Assembly (NCBI GenBank): GCA_041497195.1
Contig: JBGQGB010000001.1
Span: 9,904 to 73,903, forward strand
Reading direction: 5' to 3'
From: Candidatus Doudnabacteria bacterium
Lineage (GTDB): Bacteria > Patescibacteriota > Doudnabacteria > UBA920 > 2-01-FULL-46-14
Length of the DNA: 64,000 nucleotides
Below, in pieces: positions 27,167 through 37,578 of this stretch. Below the pieces are notes generated by a model, which saw only the letters and a list, made by a program, of their open reading frames with translations, was not told the DNA's origin and made no database searches. Position 1 is the stretch's first letter. The number at the start of each line of letters is the position of its first letter. The position numbers were made by a program, and so were the translations under genes.

Positions 27167-28264
27167 TTAATGTTGCAAAGACTTACTTAAAACCTGTTTG
27201 AAAAATACGTCAAATTCGCTAACTATATTATCCCAACGGAATCGCAGCGCGAAAACTCTTGCTTGCCGGCTCATTTCTGCGTTTAGACTCGGCTCCGTGG
27301 CTCTGATAAGACACTGGGCATATTCCTCAACATCAAACGCCTTGGCCTTCAGTGCCACTAACGAGTCTGACCAGGACAAACCGGGAATGTCAAAAATTAC
27401 TAGCGGCAAGCCAGAAGCTAGGGCCTCAAGCCCAAATATGGAAAAGGTCTCAAACCGCGAAGGAAGTGCTGCACAGACCGCTTCGGAAAGAGCCCTAAAC
27501 TTTTTCTCGCCGTACGTGGAACCAATCATTTTCACTTGTTTTTCCAATTTCAACTCGTGGATCAAAAGCAATATTTTGTCTTCGTCCTGACCGTGTCCCC
27601 CGATAACCAAGGGGTATCCGATTCTGTCTTTGATTTTTGCGTAAGCGTGGAGCAATAAATCAATACCCTTCTGATTCACATCAAAGCGGCCAATGAACAA
27701 AAGGTGTTTGGCCTCGCCTCTAGGCAGGTCGAAATACTCGTCCCCGACTCCATCTGGTATCACCCGGGAAATCATCCGGGAGTTAACTTGCCGGATTTTC
27801 CGCTCATCCCCACCATTCAAAGCAACTATGTATTTATAAAATTTCAATCCGAAGCGTTCCAGCAAGTCAAAGGGCAATTTATATTTTTTCTTCATTTCCC
27901 CAGCTGCAAAAAAGGTTGCATACCCGACTACCGGGGTTTTGGTAAACAAGGGTGCAAACGACACAGAAAACGGAGCAGTAAAGCTCTCCAAGATTATATC
28001 GGCCCGGATCTTTCGCACTGCAAAGGGTAATGCCAGAAGAAAACACACATTGTTGAACCGAGAATTATCGCTAGCCAAACCAATATGATGATGTTTGATC
28101 CCGTCCTCGTTATAATCCGCGTAATTCGGGTACTTGGAACAAATCACGGTAACATCATGGCCCATTTTCACGAGGCGTTTGCCGATTTCCCGCGTGCCCC
28201 TTGCCTGACCGCCGGCCCAATGTGGGTTTTTTAAATTGTCCATATCAATGATGAATATGTTCAT
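27167..28264 (-). CDS. Glycosyltransferase family 4
   Basis: FIGR..QKG, PSRFETFSIFGLEALASGLP (E-x7-E). Confidence 0.92.
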   Translation of the reverse strand: MNIFIIDMDNLKNPHWAGGQARGTREIGKRLVKMGHDVTVICSKYPNYADYNEDGIKHHHIGLASDNSRFNNVCFLLALPFAVRKIRADIILESFTAPFSVSFAPLFTKTPVVGYATFFAAGEMKKKYKLPFDLLERFGLKFYKYIVALNGGDERKIRQVNSRMISRVIPDGVGDEYFDLPRGEAKHLLFIGRFDVNQKGIDLLLHAYAKIKDRIGYPLVIGGHGQDEDKILLLIHELKLEKQVKMIGSTYGEKKFRALSEAVCAALPSRFETFSIFGLEALASGLPLVIFDIPGLSWSDSLVALKAKAFDVEEYAQCLIRATEPSLNAEMSRQARVFALRFRWDNIVSEFDVFFKQVLSKSLQH

Positions 28265-28327
28265 ATCTTCTTCTGGATATTTACGGCTCTTTTGATAGTC
28301 GTAGTTTTCTGGGTTCTCGCCATATGA

Positions 28328-29230
28328 TTAAATGCGTTTAGTAGTTTCACTGGTCGGCCAAAAATCGTTAAAGTCTCTGGATAATTTGATGCTCGCTCGG
28401 AACTTTAGGAACGAATACAGGAAAAACTTGATAGGATCGGATGCCAAAAACGTCAAAGTCATCCGTAAATTCATCCAAAATGACCGGTAATAAATTGCTC
28501 TGATATCTCCCTCAGGAAAATACCGCCTCAAACTCCACACACCGGATTTTTCCTTTTCCCTTACTTTCAAAAAATCTGTGTAGCTTTCCACGCAATGATA
28601 GATACATTTCGCAGATGGCACGAAGACCGTTTCGAAGCCGTTTTGCCGACACCACAGTAGTGCGTACGTATCTTCCGGAACAGCGGCTGGCCAGCGCAGC
28701 TGGTCGTAAATCTTTTTTGTGAAAGCGCGACCGCCACGTCCAGAACACAACCTGCTGCGGACTTCCGGGTCGTTTATAGAAAACCAGTCATAGATATCAC
28801 TTTGCACTTTGATTATTGTGCCGAAATAAGTTTGCGGCGCCACTGATTCAAAATTTCCTTGAGCATGCGCGATGTTGCGATTTGCAAGCAGCGGCTTCAG
28901 CAAATTGACTAGAAAATCTTTTCCCGCCGGCAACGTGTCGGCCTCCAAAAGAACCACGATATCACTCCGGCTCTGCAGAAAAATCAAATTTTGCGAAAAA
29001 TTCTGTCCGCGGCGCTCGGAATTGGCGATCAACTGCACCAGCCGGCTATTGATGGCTTTGACCGCCTCAACGGTCCGATCGGTACTTCCGTCAGAGACGA
29101 CTAGAATTTTCTCGACTGCGAAATTTTCCTGTTTTTGCGCCAAAATAGAAAGCAGCACATTTTTTATATTTGCTTCTTCATTGTAGGCCGGAACGCCAAT
29201 CGTAACAGTTGTAATGTGATCCTGGTTCAT
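28328..29230 (-). CDS. Glycosyltransferase family 2
   Basis: VPAYNEE, SDGSTD, LLEAD; start MNQDH overlapping the upstream stop. Confidence 0.9.
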   Translation of the reverse strand: MNQDHITTVTIGVPAYNEEANIKNVLLSILAQKQENFAVEKILVVSDGSTDRTVEAVKAINSRLVQLIANSERRGQNFSQNLIFLQSRSDIVVLLEADTLPAGKDFLVNLLKPLLANRNIAHAQGNFESVAPQTYFGTIIKVQSDIYDWFSINDPEVRSRLCSGRGGRAFTKKIYDQLRWPAAVPEDTYALLWCRQNGFETVFVPSAKCIYHCVESYTDFLKVREKEKSGVWSLRRYFPEGDIRAIYYRSFWMNLRMTLTFLASDPIKFFLYSFLKFRASIKLSRDFNDFWPTSETTKRI

Positions 29231-30129
29231 TTCGTTGAAGCGACCCTTTCCCATAAACCATTTTTGTAACTTCCCGTGTACCTCGTTTTGAAAACGCGAA
29301 TCCAAGTCTGCAGGGCGAGAAAAGATAGGGTGTGGAAAGGATCAATTAGAAAATTTCTGGCAAGTGACAAAATAATTTTCTGCAACGGAACCCTGTAGCT
29401 CGCCAGAGCCGCCGGGCCAAAATAGTCAGCCAGCTTGTCTCCCGTACTCATAAATCTCGTCGCCTGGCTGATGAAGTCGTGGAGGTTGGCGGGCTCACGG
29501 AAATGCACTACGGAATCGGGTACAAATTTGAAACTGAAACCAAGCTGTTTCGACTTCAGATAAAGGAATTTCGCATCGCTCAAGGCGTCTTGGGGAATGA
29601 ATAGCGTCTCAAAAAACTCGTGCCTTAAAGCTACCAGCCCACCACTGCTGTTATGAATATTGTCCCCGCCGCGGTAATTTCTCACGACTTCAGACCAAAT
29701 GATATCTGATCTATATAGCGATTTTTGTACGAACGCCCTGCCGGGATGTGGCGAAAGAGCTCCGCTAGCAATGCCAACCGCCGGATCTCGAAAAGCATCA
29801 ACCAAATTGTCTATCATGTCACTACTGCCACAATCCAGATCGGCATCGACGGTGATCAGAATATCAGTGCTGACCATTCGATATAGACTGTTCAGCCGGC
29901 CAATTTTTCCTAGCCGACGCTGGTCGGAAACAAGCCGCAATTTCGGGTAATTCCCCGCGAGATCGTTCACGGTTGAAGCCGTCCGGTCAGTTGACCCGTC
30001 ATCCATGACAATGATCTCACGAAGAAGATAGTTTTCGGCATGCTGCACGAAAATTGCCCGCAGAAGGTGGGCGATATTGTTTTCCTCGTTGAATGCCGGG
30101 ATGGCAATTGTGACAGTCGGTTTATTCAT
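29227..30129 (-). CDS. Glycosyltransferase family 2
   Basis: IPAFNEE, DDGSTD, VDAD. Confidence 0.92.
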   Translation of the reverse strand: MNKPTVTIAIPAFNEENNIAHLLRAIFVQHAENYLLREIIVMDDGSTDRTASTVNDLAGNYPKLRLVSDQRRLGKIGRLNSLYRMVSTDILITVDADLDCGSSDMIDNLVDAFRDPAVGIASGALSPHPGRAFVQKSLYRSDIIWSEVVRNYRGGDNIHNSSGGLVALRHEFFETLFIPQDALSDAKFLYLKSKQLGFSFKFVPDSVVHFREPANLHDFISQATRFMSTGDKLADYFGPAALASYRVPLQKIILSLARNFLIDPFHTLSFLALQTWIRVFKTRYTGSYKNGLWERVASTK

Positions 30130-30138
30130 AGAATTACC

Positions 30139-33100
30139 TTAATCAAATTTCTGAACTTCATAAGCTCTTTCTGCAAAGACTTCTTGACTTCCTGCAATTA
30201 TCGAGAAAAAGGTGCCGCTGGTTTTGCTCCAGTCAAACTGCTTGGCCCACTCGGTGGCTTCACGGCCCATTTCCTGGCGCAATTTTTCGTTGCCAATAAT
30301 CTCGAGAACCGCATCTGCCAAAGCATTGCTGTTTCCATGCGGGACCAGAAATCCGGTAGTCGGATTTTGAACCGAATCGCGCAACCCAGGAACATTGGCC
30401 GCCACTGTCGGCGTGCCGCAGGCATTGGCTTCGATAGTCGTAATCCCCCACCCTTCCATCATGGAGGGATTGGCAAACACCCAGGCCTCCTGCATCAGCC
30501 GAACTTTTTCCGCATCGCTTACCCGGCCGCGAAACTCGATGACTTTATCCATATCCAAATCCCGGACGAATTCTTTGAGCCAGGACTCCTGCTCGCCACT
30601 TCCGGCAATGAGTAGTTTCGCTTCGGGGACTTGCTTGCTGACCGTTTGGAACGCTCTGATTAGGACATCAAGGGATTTGTAGGGCTTCAGACGGCCGACG
30701 TACAAGACAGTCGGGGTTTTACTTTTCGCAGCAGGCCGGTGCAACGTCAGGTCAACTCCATTATGAACTATATCAATGCCCGCACCGACAAGTCCGATTG
30801 TTTCCATTTCCGTTCTCGTTGACTCGGAAACTGTGATGAATTGCGTGTTTTGGTATACGATCGGCATCAGCCGCTTCTCCAAAAGCATGGCCACCATCGC
30901 CAAAGGCTTGCTCAGATATTTGCGGAAAATTTCCTGATGGATATGATGGACGACGCAGTACACCGGCTCTTTGACATATAGAGGTGTGAAAAATGGTATG
31001 CCGTTCTCGCAATCAATTACTACGTCATATTTCCCGCGGAAACGCAGCATATAGTAAAAGAAGGCCCAAAAATAGACGAGATAGAATCCGCCGCGGCGCA
31101 CGACCTCAATGCCATCGACTATCTCGCTTCGAGGCGACTTCCCGTCATTACCGCAGAAGATAGTTACCCGATTGCCTTCGGCGACCCAGCGTTTGGCCAT
31201 CTCCTGGACATACACCTCAGCGCCACCAGTGTATTCATGCCGTGTATCGCGCCAATTAAAAATCAAAATTCGTTTTTTTGTGGCGGCAAGGGCCTGCACA
31301 TGAGGGAGAGGCATAAAAACGCCCAAAAGATCCACTAAAGCGCGCTTTGCGTACTCTGCCCGATCCTCAAAAATATGCATCAGCAAAATCACGCCCAGGC
31401 CGATAGTGCTGGAACCAAAAATCACGTGGGTGATTTCATATATACTGTCATGTGAAATAAGAATTCCAATGAGCATCAATAACGATCCACCCAATGCCGC
31501 GAGCGGGAAGATGTATTGTTTACGCGCCAAATGATAGGTCACGATTACATTGGATAAAGTGAACATGGCGATGGCTGCAACGTAGATGTTCAAATACGGC
31601 AATATAGCAAAAGTCTTGCTGCCAAGCAGTAACGGGACGACTATCCTGCCCAAGGGTCCCAGAAACAACACACCAATTGATGTCAGGCCCAGCGTCACCC
31701 CCAAAATTAACCGAAAAGTCTTGACGGAGCTTTCCTTGAGTCCGCCAGCGCGCGATACGAACGTAATCATGAAAATAGTTGGCAGACTACCGAAAAAATA
31801 AATCATCTTGCCGACTAGGGATAAAAGCGAATATTGGCCGGCAAATTGGGGAGAAAGAAAATGTTTGACCAGCACGATGTCCAAATTCAAAAAGATGATC
31901 GAGGAAACCACGGTCAGAAGCGAAGCAGCGAAAAAATATGCGGGGAACTCACCGCGGGCAACCCGACTGCGTTGTGTGGCTCCCGCGGACTCACCCACCA
32001 TGCGTTCCGATAACCAGGCGGAAAAAGCGATCGAGATAGGAATAGAAAAATAGATCCACGAATGCCAGCCAACGAAAATCATCAGCACCGCCAAAATAAA
32101 CTTGCTGACAGCCTCTCCAATATATATATAGGCGACCCGACGAAACACCAATGTTCCGTTGAGGAGTCCGCGGTTCACCGAACCCAAAGCGCCAAGGGAC
32201 AATATCGGAGTAAAGGCGAATAAAATCACTTGGCTAGGCAGCCGGAAAAAAGCTGCGAGAAAAGGAACACAAGCTATCCATAGAAGCGATGCGCCCGCAG
32301 TCACGAGGAGAGTGCCTTTACGGACAAAGCGCGTAAAAGAATAAGCTTTTTCGTATCCCTGGGCTGCATACAGGTATGCCGTGCGCTCGTTGACCGTGGA
32401 CCCCAAAGCGGCAAAAAATAGTGCGGCCAAAGAAAGCAACGTGCTGACCAGAGTGACAATCCCCAACTCCTCGAATCCTAACTCTCGTCCCAAAAACGCA
32501 TTAAATAGAAAATTAAAGAAATTGGCGGCCATAATTGCCCCCATGAGCAGTCCAACACCCGAAAACAACGTTGGCCGAAGTGATGAGGGTACAAACCGTT
32601 GCAATCGTCCCGAGAGCCGGGCGGAGATCGTCGGACGAACTGTAGCTGGTTGAGCCGGCGCCGGGATTGGAATAGTGATATCCAGAGATTTTTTCACCCG
32701 CAAACCGTGCCGCGTCTTTTCCCAGTAATGAGGTTTCACGAACAACTGGTAAATAGCGACAGTGGAAGCCGCGCTGGCCATTAGCCAATAGACGGGAACG
32801 AGATAGACGTATTTGATGAGCGACCATTGCTGCCGTTTCGCGGCACCGATCATGTAGTAGTACAGGAACAAAAAGTTACCGAACACCAGCGACGTCACGG
32901 CGATGTACAAAATCGTATCCGGATAAAGCGCCTGAAAAGTCGGACCGACGATGGGCCGCAAGGTGAAATAGGAAATGGTTGCCAGCCACAAAATCGGATT
33001 AATAAGCAAAAACGCGATTTTGCCGCCGACCACCAGCTGAAACACGAACGCCTGAATCCCGTTTGACCGAACGAACTCCACTGGCCGGCGCATGTGCACC

Positions 33101-34839
33101 AGATAAGTCTGGATGTAGCCCTTGATCCAACGGGAGCGCTGCCGCAGCCAGTTGTGCCAATTGTTGTTTGCTTCCTCGAAAGTAGTCGAGTCGATAATGG
33201 CGGTCTTGTAACCTTGTTTGAAAATCCGCACGCCCAGATCGCAATCCTCAGTCACGTTGAAAGGATCCCAACCTTGCAGGATGCGTAAATCGCGGGTCCG
33301 GAAATGATTGCTCGTGCCGCCCAAAGGAATATAGGCGTTGATAGACTGCAAACCAGTAAGAATCACGTCAAACCACAGCGAATATTCGGCAGTGAACAGG
33401 CGCGTCAGGAGATTGTCATGAGGATTGTAATAATTGAGTTTCGCCTGCAGGCATTTCACGTTTTCCGGCAGGTTTTGAAAACCGAGGTAAGCTTTTTTGA
33501 GCTGCATCGGGTCGGGAACATCTTCAGCGTCATACACCACCAGATACTCCCCTCTGGCAAATCCCAGGCCGTAGTTGCAAGCCTTGGGTTTGGTTTTGGG
33601 CATCGAGTGCGGAACAACGAGGGCGCGGACATAGGACGGCAGGTTCAGATTGGTCGCGGCCAAGATGGTTTCCCGGTCGTCTTCCTCCAAAAGCAAAAGC
33701 ACATCGAGCTTGGTCTTGGGCCAGGAAATCCGGTCGAGCGATTCCAGAAATCCGGGCAAAACATGGGCCTCCCGGTACAGCGGGCATAAAATCGTATACA
33801 TTGGCAGATTTTTCTCGTCAATCTCTGCCAACTGTTCCCGGCTAAAATTTATTTCCGGGGGCGATTTGAGACTGCGTGTGACCAAAAAGAGATTGAAAAA
33901 CACATCAATGAAATAGATCGTGCTCAAAGCCGCAACCAGGATGATACCGGTGCGCAGCGGATTGACGAAAAAACCCAACGCCGTGGCGGCGAGTACTGCG
34001 GCGCCGAAAACCTTTTGCCAGGAACGGAAAGTCTGAATCGCCGAGGTGCGGTGTGACAGCGTCGTGTGGGTAACAAACCGACGGCCTTTATAGCTTAGTC
34101 CCGCTCCCAGCATGCTAGCATTACTCAGGGCTGGGATGCGTTGCGGATGGATGGCGCGGAATTTGAGCCGGACAGCGTTCCAGCCGATTTCCAAAGTGGC
34201 TTTCCAGACGTTGATTTTCGACTCCCCGGCGTGTCGTTCTTCAAAAACGATATGATGCCCGACGATTTTGTACCTGTTGTAGCGCGCCTGGATCAAAAAT
34301 TCCAGATCAAATGTCCAAGCCTCGGGATGAAGCGTGGTTTCGAGAAATACCTGCCGGCGGAATACCTTCAATCCCGACTGGGTATCAAAAGCGAGCCCAT
34401 GCAGCAAACGGGTAAACACAAAAGAGAATCCGCGGCTCAAAAAGCGCCGCATGTGATTCTCTTTGTGCACCGACCGATTCGCTACCACGACATCGGCGCC
34501 GGCGTTGAATTTTTTGATCATGTCCGGCAGCGCCTCAGGCGGATACTGCAGGTCCCCGTCTATCATGCCCAGCAGATCATAGCGCGCGAGCCGGAAACCT
34601 TCCAAAAGCGAATAAGCTTTTCCAGCTTTCCCCTGTTTAGTCCGAGCCAAGATGGGATATTGTTCGGCAAGCGACTGCAACAGTTCCCAGGTGCCGTCGG
34701 TGGAATGGTCGTCAATGAAGATGAGCTCGTAAACAATCCCGGCTTTCTTGAGGGCGCGGTCAAGACGCTCAACCAGGGGCCGGATGTTTTCTTTTTCGTT
34801 CAAAACGGGGATGACCAGTGATAAATTTGTGGAGTCCAT
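30139..34839 (-). CDS. Fusion of Dpm1-like GT2, processive GT2 (QxxRW), Wzx-like flippase and GT4
   Basis: IPVLNE/DDHSTD/DGDLQYPP; YDAED, VTEDCD, QRSRW; ~12 TM segments; ILIFNWRD...EGWGITTIEANACG; start MDSTNL. Confidence 0.88.
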   Translation of the reverse strand: MDSTNLSLVIPVLNEKENIRPLVERLDRALKKAGIVYELIFIDDHSTDGTWELLQSLAEQYPILARTKQGKAGKAYSLLEGFRLARYDLLGMIDGDLQYPPEALPDMIKKFNAGADVVVANRSVHKENHMRRFLSRGFSFVFTRLLHGLAFDTQSGLKVFRRQVFLETTLHPEAWTFDLEFLIQARYNRYKIVGHHIVFEERHAGESKINVWKATLEIGWNAVRLKFRAIHPQRIPALSNASMLGAGLSYKGRRFVTHTTLSHRTSAIQTFRSWQKVFGAAVLAATALGFFVNPLRTGIILVAALSTIYFIDVFFNLFLVTRSLKSPPEINFSREQLAEIDEKNLPMYTILCPLYREAHVLPGFLESLDRISWPKTKLDVLLLLEEDDRETILAATNLNLPSYVRALVVPHSMPKTKPKACNYGLGFARGEYLVVYDAEDVPDPMQLKKAYLGFQNLPENVKCLQAKLNYYNPHDNLLTRLFTAEYSLWFDVILTGLQSINAYIPLGGTSNHFRTRDLRILQGWDPFNVTEDCDLGVRIFKQGYKTAIIDSTTFEEANNNWHNWLRQRSRWIKGYIQTYLVHMRRPVEFVRSNGIQAFVFQLVVGGKIAFLLINPILWLATISYFTLRPIVGPTFQALYPDTILYIAVTSLVFGNFLFLYYYMIGAAKRQQWSLIKYVYLVPVYWLMASAASTVAIYQLFVKPHYWEKTRHGLRVKKSLDITIPIPAPAQPATVRPTISARLSGRLQRFVPSSLRPTLFSGVGLLMGAIMAANFFNFLFNAFLGRELGFEELGIVTLVSTLLSLAALFFAALGSTVNERTAYLYAAQGYEKAYSFTRFVRKGTLLVTAGASLLWIACVPFLAAFFRLPSQVILFAFTPILSLGALGSVNRGLLNGTLVFRRVAYIYIGEAVSKFILAVLMIFVGWHSWIYFSIPISIAFSAWLSERMVGESAGATQRSRVARGEFPAYFFAASLLTVVSSIIFLNLDIVLVKHFLSPQFAGQYSLLSLVGKMIYFFGSLPTIFMITFVSRAGGLKESSVKTFRLILGVTLGLTSIGVLFLGPLGRIVVPLLLGSKTFAILPYLNIYVAAIAMFTLSNVIVTYHLARKQYIFPLAALGGSLLMLIGILISHDSIYEITHVIFGSSTIGLGVILLMHIFEDRAEYAKRALVDLLGVFMPLPHVQALAATKKRILIFNWRDTRHEYTGGAEVYVQEMAKRWVAEGNRVTIFCGNDGKSPRSEIVDGIEVVRRGGFYLVYFWAFFYYMLRFRGKYDVVIDCENGIPFFTPLYVKEPVYCVVHHIHQEIFRKYLSKPLAMVAMLLEKRLMPIVYQNTQFITVSESTRTEMETIGLVGAGIDIVHNGVDLTLHRPAAKSKTPTVLYVGRLKPYKSLDVLIRAFQTVSKQVPEAKLLIAGSGEQESWLKEFVRDLDMDKVIEFRGRVSDAEKVRLMQEAWVFANPSMMEGWGITTIEANACGTPTVAANVPGLRDSVQNPTTGFLVPHGNSNALADAVLEIIGNEKLRQEMGREATEWAKQFDWSKTSGTFFSIIAGSQEVFAERAYEVQKFD

Positions 34840-35099
34840 GTGGAATGCTTCGCGGAAAAAACAATGAAAAAAAACGCCTTTTGCAAGCAATGCAGGTGTT
34901 GTGTTTTTGTTTTCGGTTATTTTTTTTTGGGCTAATCTCCTCTATGCCTGTAGTTCAGGACGGCGGAGAATAACCGTGTATATTTACATATTTTGCTTCA
35001 TCCGTCAAGTATATCATAAACAAGCCAAAAAGGAGCCGCGGGAATGTTTGACCGGAGCTCTATGGAGGCGGTATCATATATGTACATTAATATACCTTA

Positions 35100-36485
35100 A
35101 TGGCAGAAAATAAACCGCAAATAGACCGATTACCCCCGCAAAACCTCGAAGCTGAGACTTCGGTCCTAGGCGGCATCATGCTGGATCGGGACGCTATCAT
35201 CAAGGTCGCGGACCAGCTCGCTGCCGACGATTTTTACGACCGCCGCAATCAGCTGATTTATGAAACCATGATGGAACTTTATGACGATCGCTCCAGTATC
35301 GATGTTTTGACGGTGTCCAACCGCTTGCAGGAAAAAAGCATGCTGGAACAAATCGGGGGGATGAGTTACCTGACCTCACTCGTCAATAACACTCCGTCCG
35401 CCGCACACGTGATTCACTACGGAAAAATCGTCCAGCGCAAGGGCACATTGCGCAAACTCATCCAAGCGTCTTCCGACATTATCCATAGCGCTTATGGCGA
35501 AGTGGAAGATGTGGACGTGCTGCTGGACACAGCTGAACAAAAGTTGTTCGGCGTTTCCCAAAAATATCTCAAACAAAACTTCATCCCCCTGAGCGCCGTC
35601 TTGCATGAAACCTTTGACCGCATTGACGAACTGCACAAGGTCAAGGGCAAGTTGCGGGGCATCCCCACGGGCTTTGCGGATTTGGACAGGCTCTTGGGCG
35701 GCTTGCAAAAATCAGATTTGATAATTCTGGCGGCTCGACCCTCCATGGGCAAAACCTCTCTGGCTTTGGATATCGTCCGGCACGTCGGAGTGAAAGAAAA
35801 AATCCCGGTTGGTATGTTCTCTTTGGAAATGAGCAAAGACCAGCTGGTGGACAGGCTGCTGGCGTCTGAGGCTGACGTGGACCTCTGGAAAATGCGGACC
35901 GGCAGACTTTCCGATGAAGGAGAAAACAATGACTTTGAGCGGATCGGACACGCCATGGGCCGTCTCGCTGATGCCCCGATTTTTATCGACGATTCCGCCT
36001 CGAGCAATATCATGGAAATTCGCACCAAAGCCAGACGTTTACAGGCCGAACATGACTTGGGCCTCATCACCGTCGACTATCTGCAATTGATGGAAGGCCG
36101 CAATACCGAAAACCGAGTTCAAGAGGTTTCCGAGATTTCCCGCGCGCTCAAATCCCTCGCTCGCGAGCTCAACGTCCCGGTTCTGGCCCTATCCCAACTC
36201 TCGCGCGCGGTGGAGTCTCGCAACCCGCCCATCCCCCAGCTTTCGGACCTGCGCGAGTCCGGCTCGATTGAGCAGGACGCGGACGTGGTGATGTTCATTT
36301 ACCGCGAGGAACAATACAAAGGCAAAAACGCCAAGAATCCCCACATTGCGGAAATCATGATCAAAAAACACCGCAACGGTCCGACTGGCTCGCTCGATTT
36401 GTATTTTGATGAAGCCAAGACATCTTTCCGCAACCTCTCACACGAACGGGAAACAGAGGTGGTCGAGGAAATTGAAGAAATCTAG
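35100..36485 (+). CDS. dnaB: Replicative DNA helicase
   Basis: LPPQNLEAE, AARPSMGKT, VDYLQLM, LSDLRESGSIEQDAD, KHRNGPTG. Confidence 0.99.
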   Translation: MAENKPQIDRLPPQNLEAETSVLGGIMLDRDAIIKVADQLAADDFYDRRNQLIYETMMELYDDRSSIDVLTVSNRLQEKSMLEQIGGMSYLTSLVNNTPSAAHVIHYGKIVQRKGTLRKLIQASSDIIHSAYGEVEDVDVLLDTAEQKLFGVSQKYLKQNFIPLSAVLHETFDRIDELHKVKGKLRGIPTGFADLDRLLGGLQKSDLIILAARPSMGKTSLALDIVRHVGVKEKIPVGMFSLEMSKDQLVDRLLASEADVDLWKMRTGRLSDEGENNDFERIGHAMGRLADAPIFIDDSASSNIMEIRTKARRLQAEHDLGLITVDYLQLMEGRNTENRVQEVSEISRALKSLARELNVPVLALSQLSRAVESRNPPIPQLSDLRESGSIEQDADVVMFIYREEQYKGKNAKNPHIAEIMIKKHRNGPTGSLDLYFDEAKTSFRNLSHERETEVVEEIEEI

Positions 36486-36504
36486 CCGATAAAGAAACAA
36501 ATAG

Positions 36505-37125
36505 ATGGCTGTCCTGCCAAGAAGCATCCGCAAACTTATTGAGGAATTGAGTAAGTTACCAGGGGTCGGTCCAAAAAGCGCCTCCCGGTTGGCATTTTTT
36601 TTATTGAAAGCCCCGGATCTGGACCGGGAAAGCCTGGCCCGGGCAATTAATGAGCTCAAAACGGAACTGATGTTTTGCCAACAATGCCACAACCTCTCCG
36701 AAAACATCCTGTGCAGTATTTGCTCTGACAAAAGCCGCGACCAAAATCTAATCTGCGTGGTGGAAGAACCCCTCGACGTGGTGGCTTTGGAGCAGGGCCG
36801 GATATATCAGGGCACTTATCATGTCCTCGGCGGCGTCATCTCCCCTATCGAAGGGGTGGGGCCGCAGGACCTCAAAATTGCAGAGTTACTCGCCCGGCTC
36901 AAAGGATTGCAAGGCAGCACTGAAGTAATACTGGCGACCAATCCGTCTCTGGAAGGAGAAAGTACCGCCCTATATCTGGCGAAGCAACTGCAGGCTTTCC
37001 CCAGTTTGATCTTGACTCGCATCGCTCACGGCTTGCCCATCGGTGGGGACATCGAATACGCGGACGAGCTGACCATCAACAAAGCCATGGAAGGACGAAG
37101 GGAATACAAGATCAAAATTCAATAG
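36505..37125 (+). CDS. recR: Recombination mediator RecR
   Basis: LPGVGPKSA, C4 zinc finger, YHVLGG, ATNPSLEGE. Confidence 0.98.
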   Translation: MAVLPRSIRKLIEELSKLPGVGPKSASRLAFFLLKAPDLDRESLARAINELKTELMFCQQCHNLSENILCSICSDKSRDQNLICVVEEPLDVVALEQGRIYQGTYHVLGGVISPIEGVGPQDLKIAELLARLKGLQGSTEVILATNPSLEGESTALYLAKQLQAFPSLILTRIAHGLPIGGDIEYADELTINKAMEGRREYKIKIQ

Positions 37126-37142
37126 GATAGATTTTACCAAGC

Positions 37143-37166
37143 AAAAAACCCCTTTTGGGGGTTTTT
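37143..37166. terminator. Bidirectional terminator between recR and rplU
   Basis: AAAAAACCCC-TTTT-GGGGGTTTTT. Confidence 0.8.
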
Positions 37167-37473
37167 AGATTTTGAGTATCTCGACGTCGGTAAACTCCTG
37201 CCGGTAGCCTTTGCGGCGGCGGTAACGGACCTTGGATTTGTATTTGAAAATGCGGATCTTTTTCCCGCGCCCTTGTTTGAGGACCTTGCCCATGACCTTG
37301 GCCCCAGCCACGTAAGGATTACCCACTTTCAGATCAGCCGCATCAGAGGCAATGAGCAAGACTTTATCAAAAACAACTTCCTGACCCTCGGTCACGGGAA
37401 GTTTTTCCACGCGGATTTTGCTCTGAGGGGAAACCAGATATTGTTTTCCTCCGGTCTCAATGACTGCAAACAT
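37165..37473 (-). CDS. rplU: 50S ribosomal protein L21
   Basis: MFAVIETGGKQY...KGYRQEFT; no rpmA adjacent. Confidence 0.97.
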   Translation of the reverse strand: MFAVIETGGKQYLVSPQSKIRVEKLPVTEGQEVVFDKVLLIASDAADLKVGNPYVAGAKVMGKVLKQGRGKKIRIFKYKSKVRYRRRKGYRQEFTDVEILKI

Positions 37474-37481
37474 ATGAAGAA

Positions 37482-37510
37482 AAGATAGCAAAGGCAGGAC
37501 CTCGAGTCAA
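37482..37510 (-). promoter_or_regulatory. Promoter of rplU (near-leaderless)
   Basis: TTGACT-N17-TATCTT with TG extension, 8 nt before the ATG. Confidence 0.6.
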
Positions 37511-37513
37511 GTC

Positions 37514-37564
37514 AAAAAAAATTCCGGTACTGCTGTCCGATTCAATCGGGAAGCAGTACCGGAA
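37514..37564 (-). terminator. Long hairpin terminator of the ORFan islet
   Basis: TTCCGGTACTGCT/AGCAGTACCGGAA 13-bp stem with inner stem and a T run on the minus strand. Confidence 0.8.
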
Positions 37565-37578
37565 AAACTAATCTGGAT

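Noticed and set aside
34944-35000. tRNA-like start TAGTTCAGGACGGCGGAGAAT upstream of dnaB
   Set aside because: D-arm-like only; no anticodon arm, T-loop or acceptor stem
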